Shown here: positions 48,368 through 60,785 of the stretch, piece after piece
Numbering within the stretch: the stretch's first letter is position 1
Layout: each line of letters starts with the position of its first letter
Assembly (NCBI GenBank): GCA_040005235.1
Contig: JBDTZG010000023.1
Span: 1 to 64,000 of the forward strand
Direction of reading: 5' to 3'
Source: Acidobacteriota bacterium
Lineage (GTDB): Bacteria > Acidobacteriota > Thermoanaerobaculia > Multivoradales > UBA5704
Length of the DNA stretch: 64,000 bases
Notes under the pieces: generated by a model
Told to the model about the DNA's origin: nothing
Databases searched by the model: none
The model's input: only the letters and a program-made list of their open reading frames with translations
Made by a program: the position numbers and the translations under genes

Positions 48368-50044
48368 TCACAACGTGTCGCTCCGGCCCCAAAGGAAGAA
48401 AACCGCCGTGCTGCCGATCGCGAGCAGCACGCCGTACGCTGCGGCGAGCCCGAGATCCTGAAGGCGCAAGGCGGAAAGGATCTCGATCGAGATCGGCCGG
48501 GTGTCGTAGGTATAGAGGACGATCGAGACGACGAAGTCGCCGAACGCGGCCAAAAACGCGAGACCCGCACCCGCGGCAAGCGCCGGCCGCAGGAGCGGCA
48601 GCACCACCCGGCGGAGCGTCCGGGACGGTCCCGCGCCCAACGAGGCGGAGGCGTCCTCCAGGGCGGGATCGAGCTGGCGCATGCCCGAAAGTGCCGCCCG
48701 GCCGGCCACCGGCAGACTGCGCACCAGATAGGCGAGCGGCAGAATCCACGGCGTGCCGATCAGCACGAATCGGAGCGTCCAGGGGGAATGGACGCTCCAG
48801 GCCGTTGCCATTGCCACCGCGAACACGGTGCCGGGAATCGCCCAGGGGAGCGCCACAAGCGCCTCGACCGCGCGGGCGGCGGGTCCTTTCCGGCGGGTCG
48901 CGATTCGCGCCGCGGCGAATCCCAGTGCAAGTGCCGCGGCAGTCGAAACCACCGCCATCCAGAGCGAATTGACGATCGGCCGCACGCGCTCCGGGTCGAG
49001 CAGGCCGCGGTAGTTGCCGATCGACAGGGCCGGCGGGAAGGGCTCGTTGGTCCAAGTGAAGGGCGGCACAAACGAGATCAGGAACAGGACCGCGTGGGGC
49101 AGCAGAAAGAGGATCGCGAGGCCCGCGGCGGAGAGCGCTAGGGCGATCCGAACGCCGCGCCGCGCCGGGCGCTTGCGTGCCGGAGCCGTACCCCGTACGC
49201 CGGACGAGCCGGGAATCGCCGCCGTTCGTTCCAGCCGCCGAAGCACCCAGAGGGCGACGAGCGCAACGGCCGCGAGCAATAGAGTCTCCACCTGCGCCGC
49301 AGCCAGCTCGCCGTTCAATTTAGAGGCGACGATCTGGGTCGTCATGACCCGGAAGTTGCCGCCGAACAGGTACGGGGCGGAAAACGAGGCTAGCGCGGTC
49401 ATGAAGGTCAAAAGCGAAGCGCCGAGCAAAGAAGGGCGCAGAAGCGGCAGCGTCACCCGCCACAAGGTGCGCGCGGGCGAGGCGCCGAGGCTCGCCGCCG
49501 CTTCGAGCACCGCGCCGTCCAGCCGGGCGAGACCCGCGCGGGTGAACAGGTAGAAATAGACGTACATCGAGTAGGTATGGACCAGCAGGATCGCGCCCGG
49601 TCCGAGCAGGCGCCAGGGCGGTTGCTCCAGGCCGAGCAGCGCCTGCACCGCCCGGGTGGCAAAACCGCTTTCGCCGTAGAGAAACAGGAACGCGATCACC
49701 CCGACCAACGGCGGCAGCGCCACGGGAAGCGCCGCGGCGGCCGACAACAGGCGGCGACCGGGAAACTCCGAGCGCTCGAACGCGAACGCCAGCGGCACCC
49801 CCACCAAGGCGGCGAGCCCGACCGAGGCGAGCGAGGTCCAGACGCTGCGCCAGAGCGCGAGCCACTCGTCAGGGCGCGCGAGGACATCGAGAAACGCCTT
49901 CGGCTCGCGCAGCGCCTCGATCAACGTCGCGAGCAACGGGTAGCCGACCAGCCAGCCGAGCAGTGCGGCGAGCGCGAGGGTGCCCCAGGCGGGGCTCCAA
50001 CGGTTGCCCCGACTCAACGGCGCCGCGATCGAGGCCGTGGTCAA
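48368..50044 (-). CDS. ABC permease, Fe3+/thiamine (FbpB-like), duplicated core
   Basis: Two EAA motifs (LEAAASLGAS, LEDASASLGA). Confidence 0.85.
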   Translation of the reverse strand: MTTASIAAPLSRGNRWSPAWGTLALAALLGWLVGYPLLATLIEALREPKAFLDVLARPDEWLALWRSVWTSLASVGLAALVGVPLAFAFERSEFPGRRLLSAAAALPVALPPLVGVIAFLFLYGESGFATRAVQALLGLEQPPWRLLGPGAILLVHTYSMYVYFYLFTRAGLARLDGAVLEAAASLGASPARTLWRVTLPLLRPSLLGASLLTFMTALASFSAPYLFGGNFRVMTTQIVASKLNGELAAAQVETLLLAAVALVALWVLRRLERTAAIPGSSGVRGTAPARKRPARRGVRIALALSAAGLAILFLLPHAVLFLISFVPPFTWTNEPFPPALSIGNYRGLLDPERVRPIVNSLWMAVVSTAAALALGFAAARIATRRKGPAARAVEALVALPWAIPGTVFAVAMATAWSVHSPWTLRFVLIGTPWILPLAYLVRSLPVAGRAALSGMRQLDPALEDASASLGAGPSRTLRRVVLPLLRPALAAGAGLAFLAAFGDFVVSIVLYTYDTRPISIEILSALRLQDLGLAAAYGVLLAIGSTAVFFLWGRSDTL

Positions 50045-51123
50045 GATTCGACCCTAGACGCCGGAAACACCCGCGGGAGCGGAGCGTGGGCCAGCGGCAG
50101 GACCCCCACGCACTCATCCTCTTCTGCGGCGTCCGCCGCGGCCAGCACCTCGATCTCCGTACCCGGGTGACCCTCGATCTCGATCGTGAACGTGGCGGAG
50201 GGGGCGCCGTAGCGCCGCTCGGCGACCCGGCCGACGACCGCGTTCGGAGCGTCGGGTGTGGCGATCACCAGTCCCTCCGGCCGCGCGATCAGCTCGACGC
50301 GGGTGCCGGGGGCGAGAGCTTCAAGGGCAAGCCCCGGCCAGAGCGGTCCGGCGTCCAGGCGGACATGGACCTTCTCGCCTTCAATCGCCTCAACCGTGCC
50401 GGCAAGAGCGCTCGACCGGCCGATGAACCCGGCGACGAAGCGGGTCGCCGGGCGTTCGTAGAGATCCTCGGCCCGTCCGACCTGGTGAAGATGGCCGTCC
50501 GCGATCACGGCGATCCGGTCGCCGAGGTGGAACGCCTCCTCCTGCTCGTGGGTGACCAAGACGGTCGTGATGCCGACCCGACGGATCGCGCTTCGCAACT
50601 CGCGTCGGGTCCGTTCACGGAGGGAGGGATCGAGGTTCGACAGCGGCTCGTCGAGCAGCAACACGCGCGGCTCGGGGGCGAGCGCGCGGGCGACCGCCAC
50701 CCTTTGCTGTTGTCCGCCTGACATCTCGCCCGGCTTTCTTCCCACCAGCTGCGGCAGCTCGACGAGCGCCAGCGCCTCGGCGACCCGGCGGGCGATCTCG
50801 GGCTTCGTGACCTTCCGGGACTCGAGGCCGAACGCGACGTTTTCCCCCGCGGTCAGATGAGGAAACAGCGCGTAGTGCTGGAACACCATGCCGAAGTTGC
50901 GCCGGGCGGGGGGCAGAGCCGTCACGTCCTCGCCCTCGACCGAAATCCGCCCGCGGTCGGGCGTCTCGAATCCCGCCAGCAGGCGGAGCGCAGTGGTCTT
51001 GCCGCTGCCGCTGGGGCCGAGCAGGGCGAGGATCTCCCCTTTCTCGATCCCGAGCGTCAGCCCTTCGAGAACCGGTTTACCGCCGAACGCCTTGGCCAGG
51101 TTCTCGATTTCGAGGTAACTCAT
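50041..51123 (-). CDS. ABC ATPase (FbpC/PotA-like)
   Basis: GPSGSGKT, MVFQHYALFPHL, MSGGQQQR, LLDEPLSNLD, TOBE tail. Confidence 0.9.
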   Translation of the reverse strand: MSYLEIENLAKAFGGKPVLEGLTLGIEKGEILALLGPSGSGKTTALRLLAGFETPDRGRISVEGEDVTALPPARRNFGMVFQHYALFPHLTAGENVAFGLESRKVTKPEIARRVAEALALVELPQLVGRKPGEMSGGQQQRVAVARALAPEPRVLLLDEPLSNLDPSLRERTRRELRSAIRRVGITTVLVTHEQEEAFHLGDRIAVIADGHLHQVGRAEDLYERPATRFVAGFIGRSSALAGTVEAIEGEKVHVRLDAGPLWPGLALEALAPGTRVELIARPEGLVIATPDAPNAVVGRVAERRYGAPSATFTIEIEGHPGTEIEVLAAADAAEEDECVGVLPLAHAPLPRVFPASRVES

Positions 51124-52169
51124 CCGGGGTGGGCTCCTTCTCCGCCGCGGCTCCTCACCGTGCGGTCCCAGGTCGCCATCCATTCTTTGCTCTTGGCCGA
51201 CATTAAGTTCCAATCGACCTTCGCCGGCACCAGCCGGGCAAGCACGTCGCGCGCCCATTCGGGCAGCGCCTCAGGCGGCAGATCGGTGCGCGCCGGAAGC
51301 CGGAACGCCTGATCGGCCGCCAGCTTCTGCGCCTCGGGGCTGCCCACCCACTCGATGAACGCCTTCGCCTCTTCGGGGTGCCGGGCTCCCACCACCAGGC
51401 CGATCGAGTCGTCGATCACGGGAGTACCGCTGGTCGGAAACGCATAACCGAGCGGAGCGCCCCGCTTTTTCTGCCAGAGCATGTCGGTCAGCTCCCAGAC
51501 GGTGACCAGGCCCTCGCGCCGGTTGAGCTTCTCCATCAGGAGCGCCGGAGTCGAGGTGTACTCCTTGGTCTGAACGTCCAGGCGGCGCAGCCACTGCCAG
51601 CCACGCACCTCCGAGCCGGTCTCGGCGATCGAGCGGGCGAGGATCGAGCCGAACAGGGTGCGCATCGTGCCGCTCGCGAGCGGATCGCGGATCAGGACCT
51701 TGCCCGCGAAGCGCGGCGCGAGCAGATCGTCCCAATCCTTGGGCGCATCCGCCGCCGCAACCGCCTGATCGTTGTAGACCAGAACCGGCGCGGTCCGGTA
51801 CAGGCCGAAATAGAGATCGTCCGCCCGGCGGCTCTCCGGAGTGATCGCGCTCACCCAGGTCGGATGAAACGGTGCGAGCAACCCGTCCGTCGCCCCCTGG
51901 GCGAACGTCGACTGCGGCCCGCCGTACCAAACGTCCGCCTGCGGATTCGCCTTCTCCGAGCGAATCCGGTCGTAGACCTCCTGCGCCCCCATGTCCAGCC
52001 AGCGCACGTCGATCTTCGGATGCAGCTGTTCGTACCGCTTCTCGATCAAAGAGAGCAAATCGCGGCCATGGGGCGAATACAGCACGAGCGGAGTGCGACC
52101 GTCGCTCGAACACGCGACCGAAAACGCGCACGCGGCGCCAAACAGGGCGAAAGACAGCTTGTGGATCAA
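51120..52169 (-). CDS. ABC substrate-binding lipoprotein (FbpA/AfuA-like)
   Basis: Lipobox SVAC, LVLYSPHG, EKANPQADVWYGG, PLASGT. GAGGAG RBS with TTG start. Confidence 0.82.
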   Translation of the reverse strand: MIHKLSFALFGAACAFSVACSSDGRTPLVLYSPHGRDLLSLIEKRYEQLHPKIDVRWLDMGAQEVYDRIRSEKANPQADVWYGGPQSTFAQGATDGLLAPFHPTWVSAITPESRRADDLYFGLYRTAPVLVYNDQAVAAADAPKDWDDLLAPRFAGKVLIRDPLASGTMRTLFGSILARSIAETGSEVRGWQWLRRLDVQTKEYTSTPALLMEKLNRREGLVTVWELTDMLWQKKRGAPLGYAFPTSGTPVIDDSIGLVVGARHPEEAKAFIEWVGSPEAQKLAADQAFRLPARTDLPPEALPEWARDVLARLVPAKVDWNLMSAKSKEWMATWDRTVRSRGGEGAHPG

Positions 52170-52255
52170 GGGAGGCTCCTCAGGGCTGGACCAACCCAAC
52201 GAAACGCGCCGGAGTTTATCCGGATTCCCCGGGGTGGGTGGCCGTTCACCCTCCC

Positions 52256-52305
52256 GTTACCCAGGCCGTTGGCCTGGGCTTAGGTAACGCGGCCATTCAG
52301 GCCGC
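52256..52305. repeat. REP-like double hairpin
   Basis: CCCAGGCC-GTT-GGCCTGGG followed by GCGGCC-ATTCA-GGCCGC, intergenic. Confidence 0.5.
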
Positions 52306-52334
52306 ATCCCTGACCATGTGTGCCCCTTCGCCTC

Positions 52335-54518
52335 CTACCGCAAATACCCCAACGCCCGCAGCTCGGCGCGGCCTTCTTCGTCGAGCTCTTCGAGCCGGGT
52401 GTCTCCGGCCGGCCCCAAGTGGAAGCCGATCAGGATCTTGGCGAGCGCGGGAAGTGGCCCGAGGAACGGCGGGGCGCCTTGCGTTGCTCCCGAATCTTCT
52501 AAGCGGACCAGCTCGGGGCGCGGGTCGCCGGGATAGAAGAGGCGGAGCGAGATTTCGCCGGTTCCAGGCAGGAGCGCGAAGGAGAGGGCGTGGGGCCGGC
52601 CGGGGGTAAGAGCTGCGGGTTGGCCGGGGCGCGGGGGCTTGCGCTCGTCCAGTCCGTCCCAGACGGCGAGCGGCGCCACGCGCGAGGCGCGCGGGATCGC
52701 GAGGCTGGAGAGGTTCTCCGGCAGGCGGATGGAACGCGGGCCTCCAAACCAGGCGAGCGCGGTTTGCAGCCGCTCGACTTGCTCGAAGTCGGCTCCTGTG
52801 GCGGTACGCGGCTTGCGCATCGCCGCATCTTGCCTTCGATCGAAAACCTGCGCGCGGCGGCGTACGGCATCGAATAGCAGGGTGGTCTCGCCCTGGTCGA
52901 GGCGATAGCGCTGCTCGTGGGTCTGGTGGAACGAATTGAGGCCTTCGGCCACGATTTCGCGCGGGGCGGTTCGGGCTTGGGGATCGGCGGCGAGGGGGAG
53001 GAGCGAGCGGCCGGGAAGGGCTTCGAGTTCGACTTTCGGCGCTCCCGCGAGATCGAGGAACGTGGGCACGACGTCGACCCCGGAGACCGAGCTCGTGACG
53101 TTGCCACGGGTGCCGTCCGGCAGCTTCAAGATCAGCGGCACCTTGATGTTTTCATCGTAGAGCTTGCCCATCCCGTGCTCCATGTTGCCGTGGTCCATCA
53201 GCTCCTCGCCATGGTCCGAGGTCACCAGGATCGCCGTCCGGTTGGCGAATTCCTTGCGCCCGAGCACGCGCCAGAGGGTCGCGAGGTAGCGGTCGGCGCG
53301 GCGAATCTCGCCGTCGTACAGCGCGATCACCCGGGCGAGCTTCGGACCTTCGAGGCGTGCGGGAAAGTGGATCCAGTACGCCTCGTTCCTCGGCTTCGGT
53401 CCCGGCGGGAGGAACGCGTCGGCGAGCCCCTCCCGGTTCAGGTAGGGCTGGTGCGCCTCGTAGGTATGGACGAACAGAAAGAACGGTGCGGTGTCCCCCG
53501 CTTTGGATTCTTTGGCTCTCTCCTCCAGCCATCGAGCGGCCGGATCGACCACCCGGCGCACGTCCTTCGGGCTCCAGGCCTGGCCGCGGGTCGAATCGTA
53601 GCGATCGAAGCCTTGGGCGAAACCCCACTGCGGATCGACGAAGCCGCCGTCGGTGAACGCCGCGGTCCGGTAGCCGAGCGCGTGGAGCCTTTCGGCAAGG
53701 GTGTCCGCGTCGGGCGGCAGCACGTCCGGCAGCCGCCGTACCCCGTGCTGGTCGGGATAGAGCCCAGTCATCAGGCTCGCGGTGGAAGGAAGCGTCCAGG
53801 TCGAGGCCGAATACGAGTTGCGGAACAGCAGTGCTCGCGACGCCAGCTGAGCCAGGTTTGGACTGGTAGGACGCCGATAGCCGTAGGCCGAAAGGTGATC
53901 GGCTCGCACGGTGTCGATGATCATGAACACCAGGTTCGGCCGCTTCGATACCGAGACCCGGGGCGGCAGGTTGTCGAACAACTCGGCCCAGGCAATCGGC
54001 GCCGGGCCGTCGCTCGCAAAGATCAGCCGGCGCGATCCGCCCCCGGCCGGAATCGAAATTCGGCGGCCCGTCCAGCCGTCGCCGGGATGGAGAGAGGCGG
54101 CGAAGAGCGGAATGGACGTTTCTCCGTCCACCAGATCGAGGCGCGCCGCGCTCGGCTGAGGGTCGTGCGGATCGGCGACCGCGCCGAGCGAGATGGACAA
54201 GTGGCGCGCCGCGGCACCGAGCGGCAGCTCCCAGGTGACGCCCGAACGGGTCAAGACGGCCGCCCGGTCGCTGGTCGCGAGGCGGATGCGGTGGTGTTCT
54301 GCGAGCTGGACTTTCCGGGGCGCCGCGGCCGTCCAGATTTCGATTTCGCGCGGCGCGCCCGGGGCGAAATGCACGGAGAGAGCCCCCTCGCGAACGGTCT
54401 CGTTGGGTGAGCAGCCGGTGAAACCGATCGCGATCAAAACCGCGGCGGCAAGAGCGCGGGCAGCCCTCGCTCCCGGCCCCTCCCCCAAAGGGAGAGGGGA
54501 GAACAACCCAGGGTTCAC
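52335..54518 (-). CDS. Sulfatase-like (alkaline phosphatase superfamily) lipoprotein with Thr nucleophile
   Basis: PNLVFMIIDTVRADHL, STWTLPSTASLMTG, TSDHGE, terminal LRALGYL. Lipobox FTGC. GTGA overlap with the PIG-L gene. Confidence 0.8.
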   Translation of the reverse strand: MNPGLFSPLPLGEGPGARAARALAAAVLIAIGFTGCSPNETVREGALSVHFAPGAPREIEIWTAAAPRKVQLAEHHRIRLATSDRAAVLTRSGVTWELPLGAAARHLSISLGAVADPHDPQPSAARLDLVDGETSIPLFAASLHPGDGWTGRRISIPAGGGSRRLIFASDGPAPIAWAELFDNLPPRVSVSKRPNLVFMIIDTVRADHLSAYGYRRPTSPNLAQLASRALLFRNSYSASTWTLPSTASLMTGLYPDQHGVRRLPDVLPPDADTLAERLHALGYRTAAFTDGGFVDPQWGFAQGFDRYDSTRGQAWSPKDVRRVVDPAARWLEERAKESKAGDTAPFFLFVHTYEAHQPYLNREGLADAFLPPGPKPRNEAYWIHFPARLEGPKLARVIALYDGEIRRADRYLATLWRVLGRKEFANRTAILVTSDHGEELMDHGNMEHGMGKLYDENIKVPLILKLPDGTRGNVTSSVSGVDVVPTFLDLAGAPKVELEALPGRSLLPLAADPQARTAPREIVAEGLNSFHQTHEQRYRLDQGETTLLFDAVRRRAQVFDRRQDAAMRKPRTATGADFEQVERLQTALAWFGGPRSIRLPENLSSLAIPRASRVAPLAVWDGLDERKPPRPGQPAALTPGRPHALSFALLPGTGEISLRLFYPGDPRPELVRLEDSGATQGAPPFLGPLPALAKILIGFHLGPAGDTRLEELDEEGRAELRALGYLR
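54464..54500. repeat. REP-type palindrome inside the coding sequence
   Basis: CCCTCGCTCCCGGCCCCTCCCCCAAAGGGAGAGGGGA, read on the minus strand as SPLPLGEGPGARA. Confidence 0.6.
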
Positions 54519-57199
54519 TTTTCGGAGTTCGGCCGCGCGAGGCCGAGCAGGTTCGCGAACAGCCGGTAGCCTCCGGGGACGCCGGCCGGCAGCTCGCGGA
54601 AGAATGCGATGCCGGAGTAGACATAGGTACCCTTGCCGAGCTTCGCGATCAGCAGGCCGCCCTGCTGTTCGGGCTGGTCCGGGTCGGTCATCGCGAGCAG
54701 CGGCGTGTAGGCCGGGTCCCAAGTGTGGGCGAAATAGAGGCCGCGCTCTTGAATCCACCCTTCCCAATCGGCGGGGCCGATCGCGTTCGGGGTGGTGAAG
54801 ACGGGGCTCGCCGGATCGAGGATTCGAACCGGCGCGGTCTCGTCGGTGATCCGATCGTGCGGGCGCGCGATGTCGAAAGGAAACGGCGCGAACTTACCGT
54901 CGACGAACGGGTACTGCTGGTACTGGACGATCAGCAGCCCTCCTGCCCGGGCGTAGTCGAGCAGGCGCGGGTTGGCCGGACCCAGAGCCGGCTCGGACTC
55001 ATAGGCGCGGCTCCCGACCACGATCGCGTCGTAGCGGGACAGATCCCCCTCGGCCAGCTCGGCGGGGCCGAGCAGCTCGATCGGCAAACCCACCTGGCGG
55101 AGGGCCTCGGGGACCCGGTCGGAGGCGCCGCGGATATAACCGATGCGGTCGAGGTGCGGCAGCGCGAGGTCGAGCGCGCGGATCTCGATCTGGGCGCGGC
55201 GCGGCATCGGCGTCGGCCGGATGTGCGGATATTCGATCGTCGGCACGGCGAGATCGACCCGCGCGCCCCCTTCGATCTGCGCCGCGAGCGCCAAAGGATA
55301 GACGCCGGCCGGCAGGCCGTTCGGCAATTCGAGCTGGAGCTCGACCACCTTCTTTTCTCCCTCCTGGGCGAGCGAGAACGGAATCGGCGCGAGCGGTTTC
55401 CAGGGCGAGGGGAGGGTGGCTTCCAATGCGCCCGCGATCGGCTTGTCGGATCGGGAGATCAGCTCCACCCGGACGGTGCGACCGGCGGCCGGAGCCTTGG
55501 ATTTGCCGGTTTCAGCTTTCGGCAGCGGCCAGACCAGGCGTTCCTGATCGATCGCGACTTCGACCGGCGGCACCACCCGAAGGGGCCGGCGGATCTCGCC
55601 GAGCGCCTGGTCGCGGACGCGCAAGACGACCTCGCGCGTCAACGACACATCGACCCCGGCGATCCGGAACGTTGCGCGGGCGACCAGCGGCGCGGGATCG
55701 AACGGCTCGCCGCGCACCACGGCAGGCGCATCGCTCCAGTCGTAGAGCGCACCGCGCATTGGCTTCTTGAGGAAGTAGGGGCTCGTGGGGGCGGCGAACG
55801 CCGGAACGGCGGTTGCGAGCTTCCATTCGCCGAGCATCCCGGCCGCCAGATTCTTGAATTCGCCCGCGACCTCGGGCGCTCCCCAGGCGGCGGAAGAAAC
55901 GAGCGTCACGCGGGCACCGTCCAAGCTCGAGCTCCCGGCCGGCCAAAGGTTAGCGGTGACCGCGACCGGGGTGCCGGGGGTGTAGGTCTCCCGCTCGGTC
56001 CAGGCGTCGAACGCGACCCCGGCGGCGGCGGCGAGCGCCTCGTTCGCAATCCCGATCTTCTCATCGAGAAAATCTGCCGCCGCCTGCTCAGGCCCCGAGC
56101 CCGGACTACTCCCAAGCAGGCCGCGCGCCGCGGAAAGATCGGCGAGCGAGCGGGCAAGCGGAGCGACCGCGTCGCCCATCCGCGACGGGCTGAGCGTCCG
56201 CCGCAGTTGCTCGGCGGTCGCTTGGACGGCGGCCAGCTTTTCTTCGATCCTCCGGGCTTCGGCTTGCGGCAACCCGGACGCGATCGCGGCGAGACGGGTG
56301 TCGACCCCGGCAAACAGACCGGGTCCTTCTTTTCCGGCCCCCCCGTCCACCCAGGAGACCGAAGTTTCGCGCGGCCCCAGGTCCTGCGTACGCCCCATGT
56401 CCTGCGAGCGATGCTGGCTGCGGCTCGCCGCGGCGAGCTGGAGGATCGACTTGCCGGTCACCGGATCGATCGGCGCGATCGACAGCTTGACCGTCGCGTC
56501 CTTGTCCTCGAACCAGGTGGAGCGGTAGAGCGTCGTGGGCTTCCAGGGGGCCAGATCCTCACCCGCGAGGCCGGCGAACGAGGGATCCCCCGCGGCTTGG
56601 TACGCCTGGTAGGCGGTCCAGCCGGCGACCTGATGCTGGCCGTGGTTCGGGTGCGGTACGCCGGGGAAGATCGAGACGATCACCTGCGGCCGGAAGCGGC
56701 GGATGACGCGCACCGCGTCTTCGAGCATGGCGTCTTTGGGCCAGAAGCGGAACGTCTCGTCGATCGAGCGTGTGTAGCCGAAGTCGAACGCCCGGGTGAA
56801 GAACTGCCGCGCTCCATCCACCCGGCGGGCGGCGAGCAACTCCCGCGAACGGATCAACCCGAGGCCGATCCCCAGCTCCGGCCCGATCAGGTTCTGCCCC
56901 CCCTCGCCGCGCGACAGCGCGAGGTAGGCGGACTCGCCGCCGAAGCCGCGGGCGATCAGGGTGAGAAGGGAGGTGTCCTCGTCGTCCGGATGGGCGGCGA
57001 TCACCAGCACCCGCTCATGGACGGAAAGCCTCGCGAGCGCCCGGTCGAGCGCGGCGTAGCCGCCGGTCGAGGCGGATTCGAGCGGCGAAATGGACGAAGG
57101 GGGCTGGGCGGCAGCCTGGCCGGGGAGAAGCACGGCGAGCGCTACGAGGGCGGCGGGCGCGAGCCGGCCGAGCCGCGAGGCGAAGAAGGATCGATTCAT
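54515..57199 (-). CDS. Exported PIG-L/LmbE-family de-N-acetylase with Ig-like and class I GAT-like domains
   Basis: AAHPDDED, SRGEGGQN, AFDFGY, HGQH, SQHRSQ. C-terminal WIQERGLYF, FFRELPAGVPG. Confidence 0.85.
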   Translation of the reverse strand: MNRSFFASRLGRLAPAALVALAVLLPGQAAAQPPSSISPLESASTGGYAALDRALARLSVHERVLVIAAHPDDEDTSLLTLIARGFGGESAYLALSRGEGGQNLIGPELGIGLGLIRSRELLAARRVDGARQFFTRAFDFGYTRSIDETFRFWPKDAMLEDAVRVIRRFRPQVIVSIFPGVPHPNHGQHQVAGWTAYQAYQAAGDPSFAGLAGEDLAPWKPTTLYRSTWFEDKDATVKLSIAPIDPVTGKSILQLAAASRSQHRSQDMGRTQDLGPRETSVSWVDGGAGKEGPGLFAGVDTRLAAIASGLPQAEARRIEEKLAAVQATAEQLRRTLSPSRMGDAVAPLARSLADLSAARGLLGSSPGSGPEQAAADFLDEKIGIANEALAAAAGVAFDAWTERETYTPGTPVAVTANLWPAGSSSLDGARVTLVSSAAWGAPEVAGEFKNLAAGMLGEWKLATAVPAFAAPTSPYFLKKPMRGALYDWSDAPAVVRGEPFDPAPLVARATFRIAGVDVSLTREVVLRVRDQALGEIRRPLRVVPPVEVAIDQERLVWPLPKAETGKSKAPAAGRTVRVELISRSDKPIAGALEATLPSPWKPLAPIPFSLAQEGEKKVVELQLELPNGLPAGVYPLALAAQIEGGARVDLAVPTIEYPHIRPTPMPRRAQIEIRALDLALPHLDRIGYIRGASDRVPEALRQVGLPIELLGPAELAEGDLSRYDAIVVGSRAYESEPALGPANPRLLDYARAGGLLIVQYQQYPFVDGKFAPFPFDIARPHDRITDETAPVRILDPASPVFTTPNAIGPADWEGWIQERGLYFAHTWDPAYTPLLAMTDPDQPEQQGGLLIAKLGKGTYVYSGIAFFRELPAGVPGGYRLFANLLGLARPNSEK

Positions 57200-57299
57200 T
57201 GCGGGGAGACTCCCTGACGACAAGGTCGAAGCCCGGGACCGGATCGATCCGGACGGGCGCCAAGCCCGGTAGTTTAGCAGGGCGTCGGGAGCGCCCGCG

Positions 57300-57794
57300 C
57301 TACGAAGACGGCTTGCGTTCGGTGGCCATTTCGGCGCCGGTGCCGAAATTTGAAAGCACCTTCCAGCTGCCGTCGTCCTGCTTCTTCCAGACCGTCACGT
57401 AGGTTCCGCCCCGGTTGACCGGCTGACCGTCCGGGCTGTTGATCCTGCGCTCGTATTGGCCGTAGGAATAGCCGAGCCGTCCGTCGGTCGAGACCTCGGC
57501 GCGAATGGGGGTCCAGTTGAGTTTGAACCCGGGGGCGGCAAACGACAGGGCGAGTGCCTTTTGGATCGCTTCGCGCCCGCGGACGGTTCCCGGGGGACCT
57601 GAAAACATGATTCCATCGGCGTCGAAAAACGCGCTCCATCCGGCCGCGCCGGTCGCCTGCGCGGCGGCGCACGAGGCCTTGTCGGCCGCGAGGATCTTCG
57701 CCATTTCGGTCGCTGTGTCTGGGGTCTTAACCGCGAAAGCGGGGAGTGCGGTGAGCAAGGCGAGGGGCAGGGCGAACAGGGCACGAAATTTCAC
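57300..57794 (-). CDS. Exported NTF2-like (DUF4440/SnoaL) protein
   Basis: Signal peptide, VRGREAI, GTYVTVWKKQDDGSWKV. Confidence 0.78.
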   Translation of the reverse strand: MKFRALFALPLALLTALPAFAVKTPDTATEMAKILAADKASCAAAQATGAAGWSAFFDADGIMFSGPPGTVRGREAIQKALALSFAAPGFKLNWTPIRAEVSTDGRLGYSYGQYERRINSPDGQPVNRGGTYVTVWKKQDDGSWKVLSNFGTGAEMATERKPSS

Positions 57795-57925
57795 GGGAGT
57801 CCTCCGGGTGAGCTTACGGAACCCTAGCCGCCGTCGCCGGGCACTGTCAACGAAGGAAACGGAAAAAGAAACGGCCGGCACGGGAGAACCCGAGCCGGCC
57901 GCGTGGCATGAAACCGCTTCTCGGC

Positions 57926-60472
<2,547 letters not shown>

Positions 60473-60587
60473 CTTAGGGTACTCCCTGACCCCTGTTCGA
60501 GGTCTGCCAAGGTGGCGCGCAACCTTCTGTGCGCCGCGTGGAGCTTGGAACCGCGAAGGACATTGCGTTATTCCGGCACAAGTCAAA

Positions 60588-60608
60588 TCTTAGTTTGTTC
60601 GACTCATA
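60588..60608. promoter_or_regulatory. HAIR-like (HspR) inverted repeat upstream of lon
   Basis: TCTTAGT-N7-ACTCATA compared with consensus CTTGAGT-N7-ACTCAAG. Flanked by minus-strand TTGACT hexamers. Confidence 0.5.
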
Positions 60609-60785
60609 CATGGACGGACGCAGGTCCCAGATGCAGACCTTGCACCTGCCTAGACCGAAAGTCAAGTCGGCGCAACCCGGGTTCGGATCGCACGTAGAGT
60701 TCTACCGTCTACGCCTCAAAACCTTGCGATTCGCCCTTCCGGATCGCCACTGCCCGGCGCGCCGCCCGCCCGAGGAGAACCCGCC

